A DNA stretch of 64,000 nucleotides from Haliotis rubra (taxonomy: Eukaryota): positions 62,001-126,000 of the forward strand of contig NW_025767190.1 in assembly GCF_003918875.1 (NCBI RefSeq), in the 5' to 3' direction. The position numbers were made by a program, and so were the translations under genes. The notes beneath the pieces were generated by a model that had not been told where the DNA came from, made no database searches, and saw only the letters and a program-made list of their open reading frames with translations. Numbering within the stretch: position 1 is the stretch's first letter; every line of letters starts with the position of its first letter. Below are positions 38,055-50,310 of the stretch, piece after piece.

Positions 38055-38884
38055 TTATAAAAATGTTTAATTGTGTTTATTACAATATACGAACAATTTT
38101 AGTCTGGTTTTAATCACTGAAATGTACAGCAACACACTGACACTTTGCTCTGTATGATGAACCCCGACCACATGCACATCATGAAAAACACTTGCACGAA
38201 TTTGGCGTGTTTGCAACATGCTCAGTCGTGAATGGAATAATCATTTTCTAAATCCAGATACATCCATACAGTTTAATTCCCAAATAATATCACCCCGAAA
38301 TGGAATATCCCCTATTACTTTCGAATAGTATACATGTATCATATTTGCATATTGGTCTATATTTCTACAATACAGGATTACGTTGTGGTCCTTGGAATAA
38401 CTCATCGATAAAAACACAAGTTCACGCACTGTAATGATAACGTCATAATATCAGAGTTGGTGTTTACCAGTCACTAAGCCTCAGATATTCACATAATAAC
38501 TTGATTTGACGTTATTATCAACATGTCAGCATGATGAATTTACGTCGTTGTATAACTGACGTGATGTTCACAGCTGTGTTAAATCCTACTCACTCACTCA
38601 CACAAGATCGGTTCAAGTAAAAAGAATGTTCAATTATACTTCTGGTTACCGGACTCACTAGCAATGATAACATCACATTAATCACAATAACTGTATCTTT
38701 TCGCGGACCCCTTGTGTCATCATTAATTTGGGTATTCCATTCATGTAACTTTCATCACTATTTTGTCTTTTATGCCCATTGAAATTTGTTTCGGCAGATA
38801 ATCGAAACTGATTATTTGCACTTAACTTCTACATGTCATTGCTTTCATACATGTTATTTATCGTTAAAAGAAGTTTCAATTCAT

Positions 38885-39041
38885 GGGGTTCCGAAAATGG
38901 TTAAAGCGTCCGCTCGTCACGCTGATGACCCGGGTTTGATTCCCCACATGGGTAAAATGTGTGAAGTCCATTTCTGGTGTCCCCCGCTGTGATATTGCTG
39001 GAATAATGCTAAAAGCGGCGTAAAACCATAATCCCTCACTC
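38885..39041 (+). mobile_element. SINE family A
   Basis: tggttaaagcgtccgctcgtcacgc...gctaaaagcggcgtaaaacc. Confidence 0.9.
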
Positions 39042-40930
39042 CGAAACTAATTATTATCATCATTCCTTGTGAACACTGCAACAATTCAGTGACCCACCCT
39101 CCTTGTCCGTGACTCATTGTTAGGGAAATTACTGGTATATTGTCAATATCCAAATTCATTCACCTATTCATTACATCTAAGGGTAATTTAACATTGTAAA
39201 CATGAAACATAGAAAATGTTTTAAAATTTAAACTGCATAACATCAAAACTTTATTACAGTCTGTAATACACACAAATCGTTTAGCGGAGGAAGGGACAAA
39301 ATGATAATAACCGAACATGAATTGAGGAACAACATACTACACAAACGAACTTAAGGAATACCCTATTCTTTGATTCAGTGACAGATTAAATAAGCAATAT
39401 TAAAGAATCGTGTGTTGTAGTTTCTTTTGTAATATAGGAACAAATGTGCCATGACATTGTTAAATGTTTTTTGTCTACAACGATCATCGTTTATATACTT
39501 TCCATTAAAAGTAACCACTTACTTCAGGCAACGGTTCTAAACTAAATATCGCAAAATATTCCATACTGTTTAAAGGTCATGTTTACACATGAACTGATGT
39601 ATTGTAAAACAAATTCGTAACGCTGAAAAGATTATTGTCATGAGATCAATAAATCATAAAAATCAGTGAAAATTGGCGAATTCTTAACAAAACTTTACAC
39701 CAAACTCAGCTGTTCACATACACGATATTTGTGCACATGCTTTTCAGCAATTCGATGCATGATCCTCGTGCAATTCATCTGCATATGATTTGCAATGTGT
39801 TCACGCAAGTTTGTGGAGAAATCAGTCTTTGATATAACCATATATATGTACATAACATATAGTGAGTTTTAAGTGAGTCTAAACTTTTGAAAGGAAGTAC
39901 ATTTATTGGTTCTGGTGATGTAAACAGTATTTTATCATTATCATATTTTTTCTGCAAGATTCTACAATAGTCTAGCCAGGAGAAGCAGTGGAGGATACCA
40001 TGAAAAACACATGGAACCATCCGATCCTCATTATACGGTTCCTGTAGCAAACGTGGTATTGATGAGATCTATTCAGACCAGGAATTCCCATTATTAGATT
40101 TTTTACGATGTATGTAAAATGGAACCTGGTGTAGTCTTGTTCTCTTGACACAGGGAAGTATGTATGTCTATAGTTTGTGACATTGTACTAAACGCCGAAC
40201 CGTCAGTAATGCTGAGCACGTTGATTACCTCTTCACGACATGCTATTTCCCTGACAACTACTCTTTGCACATACCGCCTATACAAACATACACGTAGTTT
40301 TGAGACACAGTGAGACTATTTCCAGTTGTTCTTTTGCTATATCCGTATGCAGATGCCAATCAGCAACTGGCACTGACATATCTCGTTGATATATCTTCTC
40401 GATATATGTGCAGATATATCAGACATACCTTGTTTGCAACTGCTGGGGCAGCGTTATCTGCCGACATACCCACGCGTGCATTCAAGTGCATGTTGACGTC
40501 ACATGCAATATCAGATGTTCCGTCTGTCAGTAACGACCGCGGCAACAGACCCACTCGATCACGTTCCGTTTGTATTTTCAGCGACAGCTTTTTGGTGTTT
40601 CCACATGTCCGTTGGAAAAGTGTAGACTTCCGGTGACGCTACACTAACGTGTAGGAAATTAAGATCAAACGGAAGACAGAAGCAGCGAAATGTCAACACG
40701 GCAAGTTAAAACTTCGGCCTCAGGTTCCCGACAACTCTGATGCTATGTGCCGCCGAGGCTTGGAAACAGCATCGTGGCGGGAATCACAAAAAGTGGGAAC
40801 GGATTTGGCAGCAAGAAATTAAATATCCTCTTGCTGACATTGCTACATTCATGATTTTTACGAACATGTTCTGGTTTACGTCTAGTCGTATGGAGATAGT
40901 ATCTCGTGTCTCAGCCTTCAGACTATTAAC

Positions 40931-41095
40931 CTCGTGAAGATTCCGGGGAAGAATAGCTTCTCTCTTTGTCGTTAATGACGACTGAAGAGAATCGGGAGCT
41001 CAGTGAATTTTGGACTGCATGTCATCGTGTTCCGATGGAACTATGCTCACACTTTCACCCACTGGTTTGTCTAGACAACGAGCCAATTACAGCTG
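40931..41095 (+). mobile_element. Short retroposon family B, old and diverged
   Basis: cgtgaagattccggggaagaat...ttgtcgttaatgacgact...catgtcatcgt...cactggtttgtct. Confidence 0.55.
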
Positions 41096-42123
41096 TTATA
41101 ATTGTATAAAGGGAGCCAAAGCTTGGATCATCTGACAGCCCTAGCAAATGAATTCATCTTTGTTTCATTTCGTCGATCGTTAACCCTTCCTTGGGGAATT
41201 AAAACAACGATTTGTCGGCTCGGAGTTCGCCCACTGTGACTGAGTGAGGTATCCATGTTTGAGTAGGGCACTGTACCTGAGTCACAAACGCACGCGCACA
41301 CACACGCACACACACACACGTCGCCATATACGCACATTGAACTTGTACGCAAAGTTAAACCCCATTTCACAGTACCTCGCCATTTTGTTTGCAACTTTTA
41401 CAAGTAAATGAATATAGTTGTATATCAATTTATGCCACAAGGAGTTAACCGCAGTTTCACACAAGTAATTACATTTAAACAAGTCTAGACTGGGCAGCGC
41501 CCCGTTAACGTGCAATACACAGAATTCCACAGACAAGCCCCATGCTAACCGATAATAACGTGGTACGTGGATATTTGCATGCAGGTTTTGCATACGGACG
41601 AGTGCTGGTGATTATGTTGCTATCAATGCATCTAGAATAACTCCTTACTTACAGCAGAAATAATCAGTTCTGCATGGCACACATCCATGTCATCCTGTCC
41701 TGTTGTGTGACAAGCGTGTTGTACACCACGTACATAACACTTATCTATCTCACCGAATAAAACAAAACCTATCCTGGTTTAAAGTATAATGAATAACATC
41801 TTACTCTGTTCCAGCATTGACTCATGGTCATCCATTAAGTGCTCGACATTTGCTTGCAGTGTTGTAGAAATGTCCTCTGAGTCCGCTCTAGGTGTCCTCC
41901 AATTACGCAGACAGCCAGTTCGCAGACACCTTAAAACAACAACATTTACGGTTCAGTGAACAGATTATCTACTACCAGTAACCTACACATTAACATGGAA
42001 TAGTCCAAATAAAAACAAAGGGACAAACTGAAGCTATATTATCTAGTTTGAAAGATTGACGAAAAAACAGTAATTTGAATTTTTATTGCTGCAAGATAAA
42101 AACAGTTTATTTATTACAGGTTA

Positions 42124-42672
42124 TTTATTTTCATAAACATTTCGGTTTAACCTTCTAGTCTAACGGGAGTTGGCATCATCATATTGAAAACATTAGCTTA
42201 GCTATTAGAAATTGCGACACTGTTGTTTCATATAAATCAAATATAGACAAATGTAAACCTAAATATTATTCATATGGAATAAAGAAGTTATATGTTTTGC
42301 ACACAATATTAAGATATATGACGAGTGCACTTAGTTACGATTTATTTAGAATAGATATTTAAAATATGACGCATCATGTCAATGTGGCCATGGATGTGAG
42401 AATGTTTTTCATTACCTCCTTGAATGTCCATTGTATACTAGTCAAAGACATAAACTGTTACAATCTTTAGAAAGTATTATTGAAATTAGAACACTGATTG
42501 GTATTAATCGTATCTTACATGGCAATGCAGGTGTCTCATTTACTGCAAATCAGAATGTTTTCAAATATGTACATATCTATATCTCTCCAACAAAACGTTT
42601 TCTCAGTTAACTTCTGTTGTACATATTCTATTATTGGGAGGGGTCTTTTCTATCAATAAACACAATCAAACC
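42124..42672 (+). mobile_element. LINE (CR1/L2-group) 3' end
   Basis: 42368-42610 translates DASCQCGHGCENVFHYLLECPLYTSQRHKLL...NQNVFKYVHIYISPTKRFLS*, a CCHC motif typical of ORF2 C-termini, followed by a short UTR with AATAAA. Confidence 0.85.
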
Positions 42673-43175
42673 TCTCAGTGACAAACCTGTTTTTATATTC
42701 GATAGTAATTGATAGTAAAATCAATTTTGAGAAGAGAAATCATTTAATCACAACAAAGTTCTATTTACCCACAATCAAACTTCTCAGTAACGAACCTGTT
42801 TCAGGCTCACCTTGCTCTACTCACTAGACAGTGGACTGTTCCATCACACCCGTAGGTGTTACCCTAATTAACCTTCTAGTTCAGTGTCTGTCAATTGGGT
42901 GTCTGTCAAATGGGAGATAACCCCGCTCTAGGGCCCGCTTTTAAACTGCGCATGAGAATATACCTCTTTCATGGCACTTTTATTACGTTTCTTGATTTGT
43001 GTAGCAAATATAAAAATATGTTAATGCACATGAATAGGACTCTACCCCGCGATCTCATGTCCATGTCTAGCTATGCTCTCGCTTTGTAAGAAATGGGGAG
43101 GAGAAAGAGGCTGTCTTCTTGTATTAAAAGTAATCATTTACAGCTACATTGTATTAAAAGTAATCACCAGTACGA

Positions 43176-43700
43176 CATACTGAACACCTTCCGAATTACC
43201 ATGACAACAGTCTGACATACTGAACACTTTTCGAATTACCATGACAACAGTACACCTACTGAACAGTAACACATATTGGTCACCTTCCGAATTACCGTGA
43301 CAACAGTCTGACATACTGAACACTTTTCGAATTACCATGACAACAGTACACCTACTGAACAGTAACACATATTGGTCACCTTCCGAATTACCGTGACAAC
43401 AGTCTGACATACTGAACACTTTTTGAATTACCATGACATCAGTAAAGCTTATTGATAACTTTCAGGATTAGCATGACAACGGTCTGACATACTGAACACT
43501 TTTCGAATTACCATGACAACTGTAACACATACTGAACGCCTTCCGAATTACCATGACAACTGTCTGACATAATGAACGCCTTATAAATTACCATGACAAC
43601 AGTCTGACATACTGAACACCTTATGAATTACCAGGACAACAGTCTGACATACTGATCATGAACACCTTCTAAATTACCCAAGAGCGCAGTCTGACATAAA
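43176..43700. repeat. 40-bp minisatellite with a 96-bp higher-order repeat
   Basis: Unit acatactgaacacyttycgaattaccatgacaacagtctg; alternating 40- and 56-bp units at about 43216-43410. Confidence 0.92.
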
Positions 43701-44933
43701 TATGTGAAACAAATATAAATAATGACATTTCCTATACGCACGAATGTGAATATCACAACGATATTTGAAAAATCAAAAGAACGCGACAGAAACGTGTCGT
43801 AATCAGTTGTCCCTCCTCCGGCAAGTGATATATTACCAAATGTCAAACATCCTCCGTGAAGGGTTAGCCTTGCTCCAAGGCTGTACTAAATGCTAAGCCT
43901 ATGGATGTATGGTAATTCTGTCCTTTAAAGAATCAAGTCTAGATAAACGTACAGTGTAAATGTGATTTATATTATATTAGAAATGATCATTTTACCTATT
44001 AATCATTACCTTAGAGACTTGTCCAAGTCTAGTGAAGGGTCGGAATAACACACTACCGACAGCGACACGTTAAGAACACGTCCAGTGTTTCCACAGGGAC
44101 AGTATCATGGGATCACTCCTTTCATTGTACAGAAGTAATCTACCCCATAGACGTTAAAGAACACCCGATTCTTTCATCTTACTGTTGCTAATCCCTCACG
44201 GCACAACACAAATATCACAGACTCGGATGTTCTTTAACTTTTTCTGTATTGTACATATTCGCGTAGATGAACCAGGAAATGTTTTAAAGAGTCATGAGGG
44301 GTGGCCTTTTTGTGACTCGATTGAGAAAATCTTCCAAGTTTCAATATCTTCAACTTTCAGCACAAAAATCCAGTTGAATATATCTTGAACATTGATATGG
44401 CTTTTATTTGATCAAAAACACAGACATAACAGTCATGATTAGTCACAATCTCTCTTGTTATTTTCTATAGAGACTGGCTAAGCTGCAGTAATACCTATTT
44501 TTAAAATATTTTGAAAAACTATTTTGCTTTGATAGGGGAAATGACATTTAGGCGATTAAAACGTAATCACTCATCTTGACGCATAGCTATGTAGTTTGTT
44601 GGAATGAATGGTGAAACACGATGACAGTGCTGTCTATAGACGGAGTCAACTGCTATTAACTTCTAGGATATTTGTCATAAATTGTAAAGAACAAAAACCA
44701 TCCTCCATGTCTTTCCGTGATTAAGATGCTGTGACCTCAACTTTGGATAAGGAAAGAAATAAATGCTTCTCGTCCGTGTTTAATTAACCAATTTTCGATA
44801 TAATATCGATAGTAATTAAAATTAACGATACACATGAAAACTGTATTTGACCAAACTGTTACTTTGGTTATCAAAGCATTACTGGTCTGAAAACAATCTC
44901 TGAAACACTACAACCTCGAGGTTCGAAAGACAA

Positions 44934-45185
44934 CCCGTGAAGATCCGGGTTAGAATTGATCTTCAGTTACCCATGCTCGTCGTAAGAGGCGACTAACGGG
45001 ATCGGGTGGTTAGACTACCTTACTTGGTTGACACATGTCATCGTATCCCAATTGCGTAGAGCCATGCTCATGATTTTGAACACTGTATTGTTTGGTCCAG
45101 ACTCGATTATTTATAGACCGTTGTCATATAGCTTGAATATTGCTGGGTGCGGCGTAAAACTAAACTCATTCACTCACTCGCTCAT
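44934..45185 (+). mobile_element. Short retroposon family B, full length (about 250 bp)
   Basis: cccgtgaagatccgggttagaat...gtcgtaagaggcgactaa...gaatattgctgggtgcggcgtaaaactaaactcattcactc; 3' tail shared with family A. Confidence 0.88.
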
Positions 45186-45932
45186 TTGTCTGAAGACATA
45201 CTGACATACTGTAATCTCGAGGTCCAAATCACAGCTACGACGCCCGTATCAACTTCATCACCTTCGAATTACCTTTTTTGTTGATTTTTGATTTAAACAT
45301 ATTTTATTCATTGAAGAAAAGGATTGGGCACAAGTTATCCAAATTTATGAAGCCCTCTCCCATTTTTGTTTCATGTTTTGCCGCAATCTAAAAGGTTGTA
45401 CATTTGTTTTTAGCCGGCAGTTTATCTATCTTCATAATTTAAGAGCTCCCTTCACTTTAAAATCTATTTTTAGTGTTATGACTAATAGGGGAAATCATCC
45501 GCGTGTTTTACATTCCATTTCTAATTGCAGGGCAGCGAATATCGCTTTGTGTTTTGTTGCTGAACTCCACCACCTGCAATATTCCAGCTATTTAACCTCA
45601 GCCTGTAAATAAGAAGTCAGGACAGACAAACCTATGATTGATAATACGTACAACGCCCTTCTCCATGGGGGTGACATGCAATCGACCAGGTGACTTGGGC
45701 GACAGCCCGATCCATTAAGTCTCCCTGGACGAGAAGCATGTGATACAGGGAGGTTTTTTTCTAACACGGATCCCCACCCGCAGCTCTGAATCCGAGCGTC
45801 AAGCAAGAGCGACATACCCTATTCCATTATCATAAGAAACATCTGCTGGACGCTGAGACCAGTGTGCGGTGGATTCTGACTATGTCATGAACATGTGCTA
45901 AAGAGTCATTGATCTCAGTCATCTGACACGAG

Positions 45933-46440
45933 TCAAAGTCAAAGTCAAAGATTTTTATTGTACAAAAGGCCTCCGGCCCATATAGATTGGAGTTATACAT
46001 ATACATTATACATATGGTGCAATAAGTAGTAATTAGTGATCCAAACAGCAAATCATGTTACAGGCAGTAAATTACGTACAAGTAGTGAAATACGATGGGT
46101 CTACAAAACTTTATATCAGATTGTTACGTTTAATAAGAGCATAATTGCTATAGTACGACAGCTTTATTATTACATGCTGGTCAGTTGATGAAAGAAGTAG
46201 TTTAAAAGCTAATGAAGGTGGCTTACATAGATAATATTCAGCTATATATTTCGTACGATAATCTTTATAAAGAGGACATACAAGTGAAAAATGGATTTCA
46301 TTTTCCACATCTATATTACACAGAGGGACATTCTCTTGCATCGTTCTATATATAAAACGTCTTCCTTCGTTTACCATTATGTTGATCAAGCCTAACCTAA
46401 AACGTATGAATGGATATCTTAATTTCTTTGATGTTAAAAA
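45933..46440 (-). mobile_element. LINE 3' end (RTE-X-like)
   Basis: ORF 46111-46389 with RFRLG upstream and ...EGRR...LC...VENEIHFSLVCPLYKDYRTKYI; AATAAA and (CTTTGA)n tail. Confidence 0.8.
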
Positions 46441-46608
46441 CGACAGTCATGGTTTGATCAATTGCTCTGAATTCAGATAAGATATGTAATTTTCAACGTT
46501 GATGACAGCGGGCATTCATATTTGACTTTGTGTCACAAAAAATGAGTCCTAACACATTTGAAACGAAAAAGAAAATTCAAGAACTTTACTTTCACTGTGA
46601 AGTTACAG

Positions 46609-46773
46609 TGAGCGAGTGAGTTTAGTTTTACGCCGCTTTCAGCAATATTCCAGCACTATCACGACGGGGAACATCACAAATGGGCTCACACATTGTACCC
46701 ATGTGGGGAATCGAACCCGGATCTTTGGCGTTACGAGCGAACGTTTTACACACTATAGGCTACCACACCGCCC
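46609..46773 (-). mobile_element. SINE family A with 13-bp TSD
   Basis: tgtgaagttacag (46596-46608) / tgtaaagttacag (46774-46786). Confidence 0.92.
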
Positions 46774-49577
46774 TGTAAAGTTACAGGAATGACACCGGGT
46801 GTTCGCGATGGACACTAGGGAGTTGAGTTTATCTGCCATACAATTGTCGATCAGACCATTCCTCAGAGTTAACCCGCACAGCCTAAATGCCTGTGGTTTT
46901 AGGTATTTCACCCAGAAAGTTCAATTACACAGTTTAAACACGAAAACCTGAATAATGTCCGTATTGTCTGTCACTACTGGGTGCCCTTCCCCATTTCAGG
47001 CTGTGAACTAATACAGACTGATATATATCATCGTGTTATGGGTTTCGGACGCTTAAAACGTCCGTTTCTTCTCGCTTTTCGCATAAACAATTGTAAAACA
47101 TGTGACTAACGTATTAAAGACAACATTGTCTCAAACACAAGTATTTTACAATATCTGCGTGACGCAGCACACCGAGTCATAGCGCGAGTAAACACTGTCG
47201 TCCGAAAACATGTGATGTCCGAAAACATATATTATTAATATTTATTAGTGAATATTAATACTACAGGTTGCCATAATGTTGTTTTTAAATTAGAATATGT
47301 TTTCTTAGAGAACAACATATTCCGTGAAATTCACATTCAGTAATCAAATCTTGGCAATCTGCCGAAAGGAATATATCAGCGATGTGAATAAAATTTTACA
47401 GACATTTTGTGGCTTGAAATATGCGCTTCATACATCCATGTACTTGCATAACACATAAAAAGATGTTCGCTTTCGTCATAAAAGCTGACCATAAATACAT
47501 CAACTGGTTGGCTATTTCTTAAAGAAATGTAGAAAACATATATTATCATAACCTAATGTTTAACAAAGAAACAATACATCGCTATTGACAACATCATGAT
47601 TCATGTGGAATCAATGTGCATTGTATTGAATGGGCAATTCACTCTGTTCACCTCCATTTTAGTAAAGATGTTACCGAGAATTGACCAACTGATTTTCTGT
47701 CAAAGTGATTTGTATATATGGAAGATGGTTATGTGTGATCGTTAACTTTTATTGATAACCCAAGTATGTATTCTCATCTTGTGAATGAACGCTGGCCATA
47801 GTTTCGCCCTCCGTCATTTTAGGCTGAATGTCTATGTCATGTTGGCACGCCATCATGTAACTGAAATATTCTTAAACAGCGCTAAATCACTCCATCATAG
47901 TTTTTCAAGCCAATTTTGCTGTATCTACACATTGATTCAAAAAGGGAAAAATAATAATCGATATAAATATTTGTTGAACTGGATGTACAGAGGCGGATAT
48001 TAATCGTTCCTGTCCTATCCTCATCAATCAAACCGAATATTGGAAATGTTCGAAAAGACCCACTATATGTGGTCAAATAGTCATTGGCGGTCAACCGATT
48101 CCTGTGACCTCACCGGTCAGTATATGTGGTCAGGATGATCAATTACCCCCCTCGAAACACGTGCAAATACAGGCTTAGTCTTAAACCGCAAGGGTCAGAT
48201 CTCCACACCACAACCACTTCAAGATGATCAAACGTTAAGCACTACCATACGACGTCGTGTAGAGGCGCGATGGTACAGTAAATACAAGGTCTGTCGGACT
48301 TAATCCATCACTGCACGCTTAAACCGTGGCAGAAGAATTAGATCAAACACATAAATCAAGCAGGTTTCAATATGACCGTAGCATTCCGGAGCTACGTTGA
48401 TTGCTTCTGTTCCATTTTAACCTCCCGATCAATCTGAGAGCCTACTTGGGTGCCCACCACGACCATGCTCGGGATTAACGCCTTAATACCAAAGACAAAC
48501 AAACCATCCTAGCTAATCTGCAAGGCTTGTCTGGAGCAGTCATAAACAATTCCCAATGCATCATATTCAGCCAGTGTTTAAGCTTCAGTGGTTGCTCTGT
48601 CTCTTATTCTATTACGCTTGGTGGGCTCTCTCAGAAGCAAGCGACTCTTGTGATTTACTGGACCTATACTTTAGACGAGAGTGCTGTTACAGGCGGGAGC
48701 GGAGTGGGTGAACTGTCGCGGTGGGACTGAGAGTGTTAGCTACACGTGAAGGAACACGGATATCGTTATATTATACGGCCACAGCAGTAAGGTAAGTGTT
48801 AGGCAACTCGAACCCTTGTATGTTGTAAATCACTACACGTGTCGTGTTGTCGGACGGATGTACAGGCCCAACACCCGTTTACGTCGTGTCGGGTCAGGTC
48901 GTACAGGCAACTCCGTCTGTACATCAGACAAGGTTAATCTAGTTCCTGGTGTTTATCGAGAGACAGTTTGTGTACGGGGGATGTATTAGCCCTGGGAGTA
49001 TAACGTTAGNNNNNNNNNNNNNNNNNNNNNNNNNNNNNNNNNNNNNNNNNNNNNNNNNNNNNNNNNNNNNNNNNNNNNNNNNNNNNNNNNNNNNNNNNNN
49101 NNNNNNNNNNNNNNNNNNNNNNNNNNNNNNNNNNNNNNNNNNNNNNNNNNNNNNNNNNNNNNNNNNNNNNNNNNNNNNNNNNNNNNNNNNNNNNNNNNNN
49201 NNNNNNNNNNNNNNNNNNNNNNNNNNNNNNNNNNNNNNNNNNNNNNNNNNNNNNNNNNNNNNNNNNNNNNNNNNNNNNNNNNNNNNNNNNNNNNNNNNNN
49301 NNNNNNNNNNNNNNNNNNNNNNNNNNNNNNNNNNNNNNNNNNNNNNNNNNNNNNNNNNNNNNNNNNNNNNNNNNNNNNNNNNNNNNNNNNNNNNNNNNNN
49401 NNNNNNNNNNNNNNNNNNNNNNNNNNNNNNNNNNNNNNNNNNNNNNNNNNNNNNNNNNNNNNNNNNNNNNNNNNNNNNNNNNNNNNNNNNNNNNNNNNNN
49501 NNNNNNNNNNNNNNNNNNNNNNNNNNNNNNNNNNNNNNNNNNNNNNNNNNNNNNNNNNNNNNNNNNNNNNNNNNNNN

Positions 49578-49608
49578 GCTACTACTACTGCTGCTACTGC
49601 TACTACTG

Positions 49609-49649
<41 letters not shown>

Positions 49650-50310
49650 GCTGCTGCTGCAACACTACTACNNNNNNNNNNNNNNNNNNNNNNNNNNNNN
49701 NNNNNNNNNNNNNNNNNNNNNNNNNNNNNNNNNNNNNNNNNNNNNNNNNNNNNNNNNNNNNNNNNNNNNNNNNNNNNNNNNNNNNNNNNNNNNNNNNNNN
49801 NNNNNNNNNNNNNNNNNNNNNNNNNNNNNNNNNNNNNNNNNNNNNNNNNNNNNNNNNNNNNNNNNNNNNNNNNNNNNNNNNNNNNNNNNNNNNNNNNNNN
49901 NNNNNNNNNNNNNNNNNNNNNNNNNNNNNNNNNNNNNNNNNNNNNNNNNNNNNNNNNNNNNNNNNNNNNNNNNNNNNNNNNNNNNNNNNNNNNNNNNNNN
50001 NNNNNNNNNNNNNNNNNNNNNNNNNNNNNNNNNNNNNNNNNNNNNNNNNNNNNNTACGGCTGCTGTTGCGACTACTACTTCAACTACTGTTTCTACGACC
50101 ATCATTGCTACTATAGTACTGCTGCTATTACTACTACTGCTACTACTACTACTACTACTTCTACTACCGCTATGTTTTATGCTTCTACTACTACTACTAC
50201 TACTACTTCGACTGCTGCTACTGCTATGACTACTACTATCACAGCTATGCTACTACTCCCTACTACTACGTATTCTGACACCCAACTACAACCATTACTA
50301 CTGCTACTAC
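49578..50310. repeat. (CTA)n/(CTG)n trinucleotide microsatellite spanning gaps
   Basis: Direct inspection on both sides of an N run. Confidence 0.95.

Larger units (their letters stand above)
37068..38330 (-). mobile_element. Decayed Tc1/mariner element interrupted by a SINE
   Basis: Degenerate TIRs (tactattcgaaagtaataggggat read from 38330; taactattaaaaaataggggat at 37068) enclose transposase remnants. Confidence 0.7.

Noticed and set aside
39775-40937. Cluster of short ORFs, splice-like sites and an ETS motif
   Set aside because: No consistent in-frame exon chain or recognisable domain could be assembled.
48949-50229. 426-aa poly-Leu ORF (also ORFs at 6297 and 29636)
   Set aside because: Artefacts of N gaps and a (CTA)n microsatellite.
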